A DNA stretch of 64,000 nucleotides from Nemertoderma westbladi (lineage: Eukaryota; Animalia; Xenacoelomorpha), in contig JAUCBJ010001861.1 of NCBI GenBank assembly GCA_032718475.1, forward strand, positions 141,851 to 205,850, written 5' to 3'. How positions within the stretch are numbered: position 1 is the stretch's first letter; each line of letters begins with the position of its first letter. Both the position numbers and the translations under genes were made by a program. Below are positions 38,601-49,737 of this stretch, piece by piece. Below the pieces are notes generated by a model. The model was not told the DNA's origin, ran no database searches, and was given only the letters and a program-made list of their open reading frames with translations.

Positions 38601-39531
38601 AGCCGAGTCTGGTGAACTATGCTCCACTAGGGTTGACATCTGACCCACGCACTCAATGGGATCCTGCCATACCAGAGCACAACACTAGCTGGTATGCCCA
38701 TATGAGACACCGCATGTGGCAGCGAAATCTACACACCCGGAAACGACACCAACACCAACTGTGTTAAGGTGCATGTTTGGAAGCGTGTCGAGGGGCGGAG
38801 CGTATACCAGGTGAAATTCGAGTGCTCTTAGTAACGGCAGGTGGCTCTGCCGTCGTTCTGACGGTTTGGCAAATCAGGGGAACGGCGGTGAGTAACTATG
38901 ACTCTCTTAAGGTGGCCCATCCCAGTACACTAACCTAACTGTTGGGTAGCCCCTCTCAGTACACTAACCTAACTGTTGGGTAGCCCATCCCAGTACACTA
39001 ACCTAACTGTTGGGTAGCCCATCCCAGTACACTAACCTAACTGTTGGGTAGCCCATCCCAGTACACTAACCTAACTGATGGGTGGCCCATTCCAGTACAC
39101 TAACCTAACTGTTGGGTAGCCCCTCCCAGTACACTAACCTAACTGTTGGGTAGCCCCTCCCAGTACACTAACCTAACTGATGGGTGGCCCATCCCAGTAC
39201 ACTAACCTAACTGTTGGGTAGCCCCTCCCAGTACACTAACCTAACTGATGCGTGGCCCATCCCAGTACACTAACCTAACTGATGGGTGGCCCATCCCAGT
39301 ACACTAACCTAACTGATGGGTGGCCCATCCCAGTACACTAACCTAACTGATGGGTGGCCCATCCCAGTACACTAACCTAACTGTTGGGTAGCCCATCCCA
39401 GTACACTAACCTAACTGTTGGGTAGCCCATCCCAGTACACTAACCTAACTGTTGGGTAGCCCATCCCAGTACACTAACCTAACTGTTGGGTAGCCCATCC
39501 CAGTACACTAACCTAACTGATGGGTGGCCCA
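35625..39531. repeat. Intronic 34/36 bp satellite (~65 units) derived from the exon 5 end plus donor site, interrupted by an insertion
   Basis: Unit cccatcccagtacactaacctaactgWtgggtRg; the last unit overlaps exon 5. Confidence 0.95.
37370..38910 (+). mobile_element. 1541 bp non-coding insertion with 57 bp TSD and a 28S rRNA target-like end (putative non-autonomous retroelement; strand inferred)
   Basis: 37313-37369 is identical to 38911-38967, including a variant seen nowhere else in the array; ends in aacggcggtgagtaactatgactctcttaa; no long ORF. Confidence 0.8.
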
Positions 39532-39719
39532 CTGCATTACGGCTCTCCATATGTCTTCTTCCTCTAACCCAATCTCATCCGCTTGAATCAACGTGATTAG
39601 CGCGTCTTTAGAAAGGCAATTCCATGAAGAATTGGGGCCAATAATATTATGAATGTTTTTGTAAATAAACTTTATGATATGATCAACCATTGTATTCTCT
39701 ATTGTCGGCATACATGATC
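39513..39719 (-). CDS. BTB-BACK-TLDc protein, exon 5 (BACK)
   Basis: atttag|..SCMPT...LSKDALITLIQADEIGLEEEDIWRAVMQWATHQL|gttagt. Confidence 0.87.
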
Positions 39720-40622
39720 CTAAATTATAAATCAGTTTCACTTACAATAAATTAGGACTAATGTGTCCCTAATGTAATCACGTACTACTACTACGTAGGC
39801 ATGCCTACATGTGAATAGAGTAAAACATAAAAATAGAAAAATACATTAAATAGAGTAAAATATTGAGTAGAATAAATTGAACTGGAGTATTTTACTATAT
39901 TGCTTTCATATAATTTGGGCTTCAAATTATTGTACTCTTCAACAAACTGATGATGCCTTACTCAATGTTAAAATAATATAGTGTTCTCGAATATTTATTG
40001 CGTAACTAAGAGAGTCGCTTAACTACATAAACCAATAATGGATTGGATATTGAGTTCCGTTTTAGACTTCGCCTTTTGACTGTGTGAATGGATTTTGATC
40101 AAATTATGTGCAACCATTTTCTCAAATGCTCTTTCAACAGATGCAATTCAATTTAAGTATTTCCACCAAAAATATTTACTTTTTCGCCGGAAAAAAAGTA
40201 AAATTAATGCGAATCTATGGGTAACTTTTCTTCCCTATGGAAATAGTCCTTCTTTTCCTCCCGATTTTCGCATATATCCCGGCGAAAAAGTAATCAATTT
40301 AAGAATAATAAATATTATTAATGCATTTTATGGCGACTAATTTGTAATAATTAAAAGCTATAATACAATTTATTTTTTAATAAAGTAAAAACAAGTAAAA
40401 TCAAGTTCGTGTGTTTAAAACCCAATCGACGCTGTAAAGAAAAGTTGTATCGATGGGAGAAATTTACCGCGTCGAAAATTCTTAAAATATCTGAAATAAG
40501 AAATAATAAACCTATTGAAAAAATTTATATTTATATCATGACCTATACTAACCTACCTTATATCATAATAATACTGTAGCCAATATAGGAGAACGTATAC
40601 GCGCAAGGTATTATTTGTTAAC

Positions 40623-40790
40623 CTGCTTGTCCTGTAAGTTTCATAGCAGCTGTAAGTAGATAACAGGCGTTCGCAGTATTCAGCATGGACAACATGTGAC
40701 GCTCACAGGCTGAGTACAAATCTGGTATACCCAATTCTTGCGAGAGACCCAGACAGTTGAACACGTTGCTGTCCGTTACAGATATAATGC
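40623..40790 (-). CDS. BTB-BACK-TLDc protein, exon 4
   Basis: tattag|..IISVTDSNVFNCLGLSQELGIPDLYSACERHMLSMLNTANACYLLTAA..|gttaac. Confidence 0.85.
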
Positions 40791-41849
40791 CTAATATAAA
40801 TATAGAAATAACGTCAGAATATAAATAATGCCTTTATTACCGAGTTATAGAGGATACAAAATGGATCTTTATAATATCCTGTCCATAAAGTGTGCCACTT
40901 ATTAAGTTCCACCTTGGTGTAGTTGTTACAATGAATTTACAACTTTAAGGAGGTTCGATCCCAGCATTATTGGGGCAAGGGACTTTTCGTTTCGATACGA
41001 ATGCTATAATAGGGCCTAGAGCCTAGACAGGGCGGATATCTGCCTTGCACCATTAAATGGTAGCTAAATGGGTAGGCCTACCTACCAGTTTCCACTGGGT
41101 CGACCTTCTTTTATGGGTAGACCGCACTGGAAATACGTCGTCAGAATCTGTACGTAATCCTGGGGCGGCCGTATGCTTAGATGTAGTATAAACTATGGTA
41201 GTTCAATCTTGGTAGTTCTATCTAGACATAGTACTAACTTCGCGAGTAAGAACTAATGATATGCCCAGTCAATTTGTCAATAATAGTACTATCTAAAGTA
41301 CGAACTACACCGGTAAAATGAACTTTTGTGGAATAGTGCCTTAATTGAGGTATCTCCACCCCCACGCCTTCCCCCTAAGTTGCCTACAAAACATAATTGG
41401 ATATCTCAAAATTTGAAAGAAAGACTCCACGACCAGCTAGCTAATGGGTCATTGAATCTTCATTTCAGCTTCCATGATTTTTCTGCTAAAAGCGTTTGAT
41501 AGAGAAAGTGCCGGACTTCTCGTTGATATTATTATTACACCAGTCACACCGCAGTTATTCCTAGTCTATACTGGGATTTGTTGTTTCGATAGAAAGGTGA
41601 ACTAACAATAAGGATTCCAAATGTCTAAATACATATGAATTTCGTTGAAAGATCGTTGAAATAATGGCGTTCGAAAGTTGCCTCTTTGGCATGGATGTGA
41701 GCAAGATCTTCTGCATCCATTAAATTATCAAACATTAGTGTCAGTGACTGAACATATGAACAAGTTCAAACTACCATAGTATGAACTACCCTAGTAACTA
41801 CCCCTAGTACGAACTAAGTTGTTAAGAACCGAGTTAACTTATCTGAGAT

Positions 41850-42450
41850 CCACCCCCACCAACAAGGGCAACCTAACACTATTTGGATCCTTTCGTGGAA
41901 TCTCACTGATCTCGATTGCTGCAAAGTTATACAATAGAATTATATTAAATCGCATTAGGGATCCCATTGAGAAACTGCTCCGTGGAAATCAGAATGGAGC
42001 CCATTTTGGCACTTAGACGGATAATTGAAGAGTTATCAAAAAAGAAAGACAGGCATCTGGCTGTTATCTTTGTTGACTTCTTCAAGGCCTTTGATTCAGT
42101 CTCTCGCTCACGTATATTCAGCATACTTTCATTATATGGGATTCCTGATGAAATTATTGCAGCAATCAGATCAGTATACGATGGTTAGACAACATTTGTG
42201 TCTACTGTTGACGGTAACACAGAACCATTTGAAGTGTTATGGGGCGTCCTCCAGGGAGACACACTTGCACCATTCTTGTTCAATAATTGTGGTTGATTAT
42301 GTTCTACGCATGTCCTTAGATCATCATAATGATGACTGGGTGATGATAACTCCAACTACTGGCTCCAGAAGTCGAGGAAATCCTGCCAAGTTCAAGTACC
42401 TAACTGATCTAGACTTTGCTGATGACTTAGGAGTACTCTCAGAATCACTA
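41850..42450 (+). mobile_element. Decayed RTE-like RT fragment in intron 3
   Basis: FRGISLISIAAKLYNRIILNRI, FVDFFKAFDSV, GVLQGDTLAPFLF, LDFADDL across frameshifts. Confidence 0.85.
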
Positions 42451-42884
42451 GGGAGTCCATTCTGGGCAAACAATTTTATTTCTTTACAGAAACTTGGAAC
42501 TGAGCCTACTCTTAACTTTCGAGAAAATAATTTTCACAGTGCTTTCTCCAGACAAGCAGTTATCCTAAAATGGCGCCTAAATATTATTTAACCTCTATTT
42601 TCTTTTCTTTCTTACATCCATTACTAGCTACTTTAGCTAATGACCAATCAAAATGCTTTCAGTCTTACTGTAGCGAAAAGCTAAACTAAAAACTCATTAC
42701 ATGATTCTAGTAATGTACTAAATCTTTGGGAAATAACGAAACTAGTTCAATGTCATCAGCATATAAAATGTTTTTAAAATTGTTATCTATACCATTGAAC
42801 ATGGCACCTTATAAACATTATTGACACATTTCTTATTTTGAGACAAGTGCCCCTGTTGCTTCCATTAAGATTGTATTAACCTAC

Positions 42885-43036
42885 CTGTATACATATACCG
42901 TAGCACAATCTTAAACACATTAGCCGAGTACCCAGGTTGCGTCACTTTGAGGTATTTGTGAGGAGATTGCGACAGGTTTTGCAACATCTCATTCTTGTAC
43001 ATCTTATATTTTCGGCAGCGAGTGTAAACTATTAAT
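42885..43036 (-). CDS. BTB-BACK-TLDc protein, exon 3 (BTB)
   Basis: ttattag|.LIVYTRC...VFKIVLRYMYT|gtaggt; completes AHRLIV and YMYTG motifs. Confidence 0.85.
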
Positions 43037-43079
43037 CTAATAATAAATAGCAAAAATGAAATAAGAATAAAATAGCCAC

Positions 43080-46000
43080 ATGCTAACGGTAGGTCTTCGT
43101 GCTGATGGTCGGTTTCCGTGCTGACGGTAGGTCCTTGTGCTAATGGTAGGTCTCCGTGCTGATGTTAGGTCCTCGTGCTGACGGTAGGTCCTTGTGCTAA
43201 TGGTAGGTCTCCGTGATGATGTTAGGTCCTCGTGCTGACGGTAGGTCCTTGTGCTAATGGTAGGTCTCCGTGCTGACGGTAGGACCTTGTGCTAATGGTA
43301 GGTCTCCGTGCTGATGTTAGGTCCTCGAGCTGATGGTAGGTCCTTGTGCTAATGGTAGGTCTCCGTGCTGACGGTAGGTCCTTGTGCTAATGGTAGGTCT
43401 CCGTGCTGATGTTAGGTCCTCGTGCTGACGGTAGGTATCCGTGCTGACGGTAGGTCTCCGTGCTGATGTTAGGTCCTCGTGCTGACGGTAGGTATCCGTG
43501 CTGACGGTAGGTCCCCGTGCTGACAGTAGGTATCCGTGCTGACGGTAGGTCCTCGTTGTGACGGTAGGTCCTTGTGCTGACGGTAGGTATCCGTGCTGAC
43601 GGTAGGTCCTCGTTGCAACGGTAGGTCCTCGTGCTGACAGTAGGTCTCCGTGCTGACGGTAGGTCCCCGCGCTGACAGTAGGTATCCGTGCTGACAGAAG
43701 GTCCTCGTTGTGACGGTAGGTCCTTGTGCTGACGGTAGGTATCCGTGCTGACGGTAGGACCCCGTGCTGACAGTAGGTATCCGTGCTGACGGTAGGTCCT
43801 CGTTGTGACGGTAGGTCCTCGTGCTGACAGTAGGTCTCCGTGCTGACGGTAGGTCCTTGTGCTAATGGTAGGTCTCCGTGCTGACAGTAGGTCCCCGTGC
43901 TGACAGTAGGTATCCGTGCTGACGGTAGGTCCTCGTTGTGACGGTAGGTCCTCGTGCTGACAGTAGGTCTCCGTGCTGACGGTAGGTTCTCGTGCTGACG
44001 GTAGGTCCTTGTGCTAATGGTAGGTCTCCGTGCTGACGGTAGGTCCTTGTGCTAATGGTAGGTATCCGTGCTGACGGTAGGTATCCGTGCTGACGGTAGG
44101 TCCTTGTGCTAATGGTAGGTCCTCTAGCTGACGGTAGGTCCTTGTGCTAATGGTAGGTCTCCGTGCTGACGGTAGGTCCTTGTGCTAATGGTAGGTCTCC
44201 GTGCTGATGTTAGGTCCTCGTGCTGACGGTAGGTATCCGTGCTGACGGTAGGTCTCCGTGCTGATGGTAGGTCCTAGTGCTGACAGTAGGTCTCAGTGCT
44301 GAAGGTAGGTCCTTGTGCTGACGTTAGGTCTCCGTGCTGACGGTAGGTCCTCGTGCTGACGGTAGGACTCCATGCTGACTGTAGGTCCTCATGCTGACAG
44401 TAGGTTTCCGTGCTGACGGTAGGTCCTCGTGCTGACAGTAGGTCCTCGTGCTGACGTTAGGTCTCCGTGCCGACGGTAGGTCCTTGTGCTGACGGTAGAT
44501 CTCCGTGCTGACGTTAGGTCCCCGTGCTGACAGTAGGTATCCGTGCTGACGGTAGGACCTTGTGCTGATGGTAGGTCCTCGAGCTGACGGTAGGTCCGTG
44601 CTGACGGTAGGTCCTCGTGCTGATGGTAGGTCTCCGTGCTGATGGTAGGTCCTCGTGCTGACGGTAGGTCCTCGTGTTGATGGTAGGTCCTCGTTGTGAC
44701 GGTAGGTCCTCGGTAAGTCCTCATGGTGACGGTAGGTCCTCGTGGTGATGGGAGGTCCTCGTGGTGACGGTAGGTCCTTGTGGTGACGGTAGGTCCTCGT
44801 GGTGAGGGTAGGTCCTCGTGGTGACAGTAGGTCCTCGGTAAGTCCTCGTGGTGACGGAAGGTCCTCGTGGTGACGGTAGGTCCTCATGGTGACGGTAGGT
44901 CTCCGTGCTGACGGTAGGTTCTCGTGCTGACGGTAGGTCCTCGTGGTGACGGTAGGTCCTCGTGGTGACAGTAGGTCCTCGGTAAGTCCTCGTGGTGACG
45001 GAAGGTCCTCGTGGTGACGGTAGGTCCTCATGGTGACGGTAGGTCTCCGTGCTGACGGTAGGTCCTCGTGGTGATGGTAGGTCCTCGTGGTGATGGTAGG
45101 TCCTCGGCTGACTGTAGGTCTCCGTGCTGACGGTGGGTCCTCGTGCTGACGGTAGGTCCTCGTGGTGACGGACGGTCTCCGTGCTGACGGTAGGTCCTCG
45201 TGCTGACATTACGTCTCCGTGCTGACGGTAGGTCCTCGTGCTTACGGTAGGACTCCATGCTGACTGTAGGTCCTCATGCTGACAGTAGGTTTCAGTGCTG
45301 ACGGTAGGTCCTCGTGCTGACAGTAGGTCCTCGTGCTGACGTTAGGTCTCCGGGCTGACGGTAGGTCCCTGTGCTGACAGTAGGTCTCCGTGCTGACGAT
45401 GGGCCCTCGTGTTGAGAAGTAGGTCCTCGTGCTGACTAGTACTAGGGTCGGCATGCTGCATTGCACCTGCATTTTTAAGAATGCTGTGCTGGCTTGTCGA
45501 CAAAATTGCGCCTCCACTACTCCCTATCACCCATGACATTTGCTAGATCATCCGCATCTTCAAGGCCAGTGTCCTTTAAGATGCGTCTCAAGAAAGTCAT
45601 AGGCTGTCCACCATGCTTATTCACTCCATGAGGCTGCCAAAGTACAAGATTATGTACTGGCTGGTCCTCACGGCGAAAGCAATATCCTGCAAAGCGGAGG
45701 CGATTTTGTTCTAGTGTCAAGCTTGGGGGAACCAATGCGACACCTCCAATGTTATATAGTTTCTGGTTGGAGATGTGTGCATTGTACTTGACACAATGAA
45801 CCCGGCGTAGCATTCTTGTGAATGTGCCATCCAGAGATTTGGTGTCCTCAGCAGTGAGAGCCCGTGCTGACGGTAGGTCCGTGCTGACGGTAGGTCCTCG
45901 TGGTGACGGTAGGTCCTCGTGGTGACGGTAGGTCCTTGTGGTGACGGTAGGTCCTTGTGGTGACGGTAGGTCCTCGTGGTGATGGTAGGTCCGTGCTGAC

Positions 46001-46340
46001 GGTAGGTCCTCGTGGTGACGGTAGGTCCTCGTGGTAACGGTAGGTCCTCGTTGTGACGGTAGGTCCTCGTGGTGACGGTAGGTCCTTGTGGTGACGGTAG
46101 GTCCTCGTGGTGACGGTAGGTCCTCGTGGTGACGGTAGGTCCTCGTGGTGACGGTAGGTCCTCGTGGTGACGGTAGGTCCTCGTGGTTACGGTAGGTCCT
46201 CGTGGTGAGGGTAGGTCCTCGTGGTAAGGGTAGGTCCTCGTGCTGACGGTAGGTCCTCGTTGTGACGGTAGGTCCTCGTGCTGACGGTAGGTCCTCGTGG
46301 TGACGGTAGGTCCTCGTGGTGACGGTAGGTCCGCGCTCAC
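43080..46340. repeat. Intronic 19 bp satellite (gtgStgacggtaggtcctc), ~150 units, interrupted by a LINE fragment
   Basis: 19 bp periodicity read directly. Confidence 0.97.
45440..45860 (-). mobile_element. 3' fragment of an RTE-like LINE within the 19 bp satellite
   Basis: SLDGTFTRMLRR...ISNQKLY...RLRFAGYCFR...LVLWQP, typical of the RTE ORF C-terminus. Confidence 0.8.
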
Positions 46341-46751
46341 AGTAGTCTTGTAAATAATCATGACGTAGACCTACACTAATAATTAATTATAGCAAAATCA
46401 AAATCAAGTTTAGAGCTAATAAAAAAGCACTACTGTAGCTACAATAAATTCGCTAGCTACTAACGAGATTTTTGTAGCAATATTTGAGAATTTATTATTA
46501 AATATTCTAGAATATTATTATTTGTTGTAGAATATTCACAAGAATTTAAGATAATAGCTAAAGCTAACATGTTCTAGGATATTTTCAAATAAAAATTGCA
46601 AACACTTGTTAGGATAAAAAATTGCAAAGTATTTCCCACATATATACGATACACATTGTATAATAAAACTTCAGAAATAATAGTCGTATACAGAACTGTT
46701 ACCATTATTTTACGACATAAAATGTATACTAGATGTCTGTAAATATGTCAC

Positions 46752-46906
46752 CTGTGTGCAAATACGGGCGTTTCTTCTGGACCGAGAATAAAGAGCATGT
46801 CTGCAGTCTCGTGGTCTTCCAATAGTCTATCCATATCCTCAACCAGTACCTGGGGTTTCTTTATCTCAGTGGTTCTCTTATGGCCCCTCCCTTTACTAAA
46901 AGCAGC
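46752..46906 (-). CDS. BTB-BACK-TLDc protein, exon 2 (start of BTB)
   Basis: cttacag|AAFSKG...LVEDMDRLLEDHETADMLFILGPEETPVFAH|gtgaca. Confidence 0.85.
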
Positions 46907-47467
46907 CTGTAAGATTTTACATATCGAAATATATATATCACGGATAAATCCAGATTTCGCCTTGAAACAAACCAATGAAATATAGTGCCATAGCAGGGCA
47001 ACGCGGGTGTCAGTTCTCTATTCCACCCATCTGATATTTTGGTATTATTAAATGAAATAACATATATACAAACAGTACATACACACACTGCCCTACCCAC
47101 TAGTTCCGCACTCCTTCCTTGCCATTAGTTCAGTGGTAGGGGGTCTACTCTACTCATCCCCCACTCGCACTAGTTCGCACGTAATGTTATTTAAAACACT
47201 AGCTAGACCAAAAATTCTAGCAAGATTAATATGTCAAAATCTGTTTAAAAATACCGGTAATTAGGAAAATAAAAAAAAACACTTCTGCAGTAGATCAAAT
47301 ACTACCTGTCATAAAAATTAATATTATATTATTTTTGCTGCAGGATGTTCTAGAACATTAATTCAAAAATTGCTTAAAAATAGCTAGTAAAATAAGGAAC
47401 TGTTACCGGCCACAGTCCAAAAATGTATAATGTGTCGGGCGTCGCTACTCGCTAACTTAGCACTTAC

Positions 47468-47548
47468 ATTGTCTCCTTTGGATACTGAGCCAATAGCTAC
47501 TTCATCACTAGGCACCATTAACACGGGATTAAAAGAAGATTCTGCCAT
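47468..47548 (-). CDS. BTB-BACK-TLDc protein, probable coding exon 1
   Basis: ATG-MAESSFNPVLMVPSDEVAIGSVSKGDN|gtaagt, phase 0; the eight exons total 1587 nt (528 aa + stop). Confidence 0.65.
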
Positions 47549-48799
47549 TATTTACTAGTGTGCAGCAGTCTGTTCGTTGTAAAACAAATGGTAACTCAAT
47601 AAAGTAATATTTCAGTAGCTCCCAATTCTAGAACAAACAATACTTGTTGCCGTGTGAATATTCATTCGATAAGTTTTAACCAATAATACGATCCAAACAC
47701 TCAACAGGCCAAAACCGTCTATGTCGAATGAGTCATGGAAATATATTTAGAATCAGGAAAAAAAGGCGCATCTATCTCAAAGCGAGAAAATAAAGTTCTA
47801 AGAAAATAATTATTTGCCAAAACGGTGCAAATCGATCTGCCTTCACAAATGAATGACAAAATTTTACAATCAATTTAGTATGTTTTGTGCTTAGATCATA
47901 CTGTAACCTGTTATCTAAATCTCGACGGTATTCCTCTGTACTATGTTAAACGTTATTACATGCGATAACTGATAAGCTTTGCGATATCGCAAAGGGATAT
48001 TTGCGATTATCGCGAAGCTTGCGATAATCTTACTGATAGCTCTGTTTTGTTTCACCCAAAACCGTCCAAATGTCCCTGGTGAAATAGGAAAGCTCCTGAT
48101 TCATTATTGAGTGGTGGGTTTAAAAAAAATAGTTAGTATCACCAAGGCACATGCCAAAACCGATCCATTATATGCTAGAGGACTTGTCTGTCGGTGTGTC
48201 GGTTATTTGTCAACGTTCTCCAGAAAAGTGAAATATTAAATATAAGTTTATAATTGGCAGTGCAGTGGTGGGGTTAATCTGGTGGAATGGAACGAATTGG
48301 TTGGTAATGGTGGGGTTAATCTGGTGTTACTTGTGTTATCAACATATATAATGCATTACACGAAAATTATTTTAATTACTTATTTTCCTTTTTTCGTCGT
48401 GATAAACAGTAAAATCACTGCGATCCTATGGGTTGCTTTTTCACTATGAAAAAAAGGTACTTGTTTTTCTCCAAATTTTGGTGTATATTCGGGCGAAAAA
48501 GTAACAATAAAATAAAATAGAAAATAAGTAAATAAAATAATTAATACCTTTGATATGTGTTATTAAGTATTACTTACTCCACTAGTTGCTATGTAAACGA
48601 GTATTATAATAAAGACTTTCGCTCTCTAGTTGTAGTGGCGGAAGAAATAGTATTTTTCTTTTACTGGATAACATAGATATAACTTCGTTTGAATACTCAT
48701 TATAATAATAATAAAAATATAAAAAATATCGAAATTCTTACTAACGACACTTCTATATTCAAGTCCTTGGTTTAAATTTATACATAATTACAAATAAGT

Positions 48800-49400
48800 C
48801 GTGTGGTGGAGACAAAAACCGACGACCTGGAGCGGATCAGTACGGCTCTACTGCAACAATATATCCCGGCAATATTTGGGACTGCCCCTGGGACTGTGAA
48901 CGAGGGACCTGGTGCTTCTCCCGGTCAGACTCTGAGAGATTGGGATCCAGGGCCGCAGGTGCGGATGAGACATGCTCGGGAGGTATCGTTCGCGGGAACG
49001 GTGAGGGTCGGACTAGGATCGGATGTAAGGGCGGATCTCTTAGCAAGATGGCGTCTTTCGACATTGGGATTGTAAACGGTGACACCCCCTCTATGTTAAC
49101 CGGTCCCTGGACTCCGTCCTGGAGCAGAGAGTCCGAGTCAACAAGGCGCACTACAGTGCGGTGAGCGAGGATCGTAGGATCTCCTTCACTCCCCTAGTCG
49201 GAACCTCCGACGGGGTCTGGTGCAAGGCGGAGACCCTTGTGGCTCGGTGGCAGGGGTTCCCTGAACACGGCCTCGCGTGTGTTTGGGCGGTGTGCAGAGG
49301 CGCCTACAGTTCGCGCTCCTTCGCTCCAACTCGCTATGCCTGCGCTCACCTAAGGGGATGGTGCAAGGCTGCGGGGATCCACCTCCCAGACCGGTACTAA
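48800..49400 (+). mobile_element. Degenerate, internally deleted CRE-clade non-LTR retrotransposon (RT thumb remnant + restriction-like endonuclease)
   Basis: GC-rich island; across frames YIPAIFG, DLVLLPVRL, RADLL, ASFDIGIVNGD, KAHY, RRISFTPLVGTSDGVW, RLQFALLRSNSLCLRS. Confidence 0.7.
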
Positions 49401-49737
49401 AATGTCTGTCATGACCAACAACTAATACTGGGGGTTGTGCCATTATGTCCGTTGTGCAAATAATTGCAATACTGTCGTTTGATCAATTATATTTTACCTA
49501 ATTTAAAATAATAAATATAATAATTTTATTACGTGGGAAAAAATAAGAACTTTTCTCGGGGTGAAAAAACAAAAAACGTTATTTTTCCATTTAATATGTA
49601 AACATAATTTAATTCTTAAATTAGTAATAAATAATAATTAGTTTTATAATTGAGATACTCCTTATATTTTTGAGATGTATTCGATATTACTTTACCAAAA
49701 TTCGACCAGTCAACAAAATATTTACATTTCTGAAGCT

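Noticed and set aside
37370-38910. Group I intron or His-Cys homing endonuclease at the 28S site; autonomous R2
   Set aside because: The 28S site is intact at one end instead of being split by the insert, and there is no His-Cys box or RT ORF. LGKHMRH (~37410) is too weak to call a zinc finger.
38881-38917. rRNA gene
   Set aside because: Only ~37 nt resemble 28S; I recognise no other rRNA sequence around it.
44324-46361. Repetitive ORFs (RTYRHHEDLPSPRGP...)
   Set aside because: Products of the 19 bp satellite; the BTB domain splices cleanly across them.
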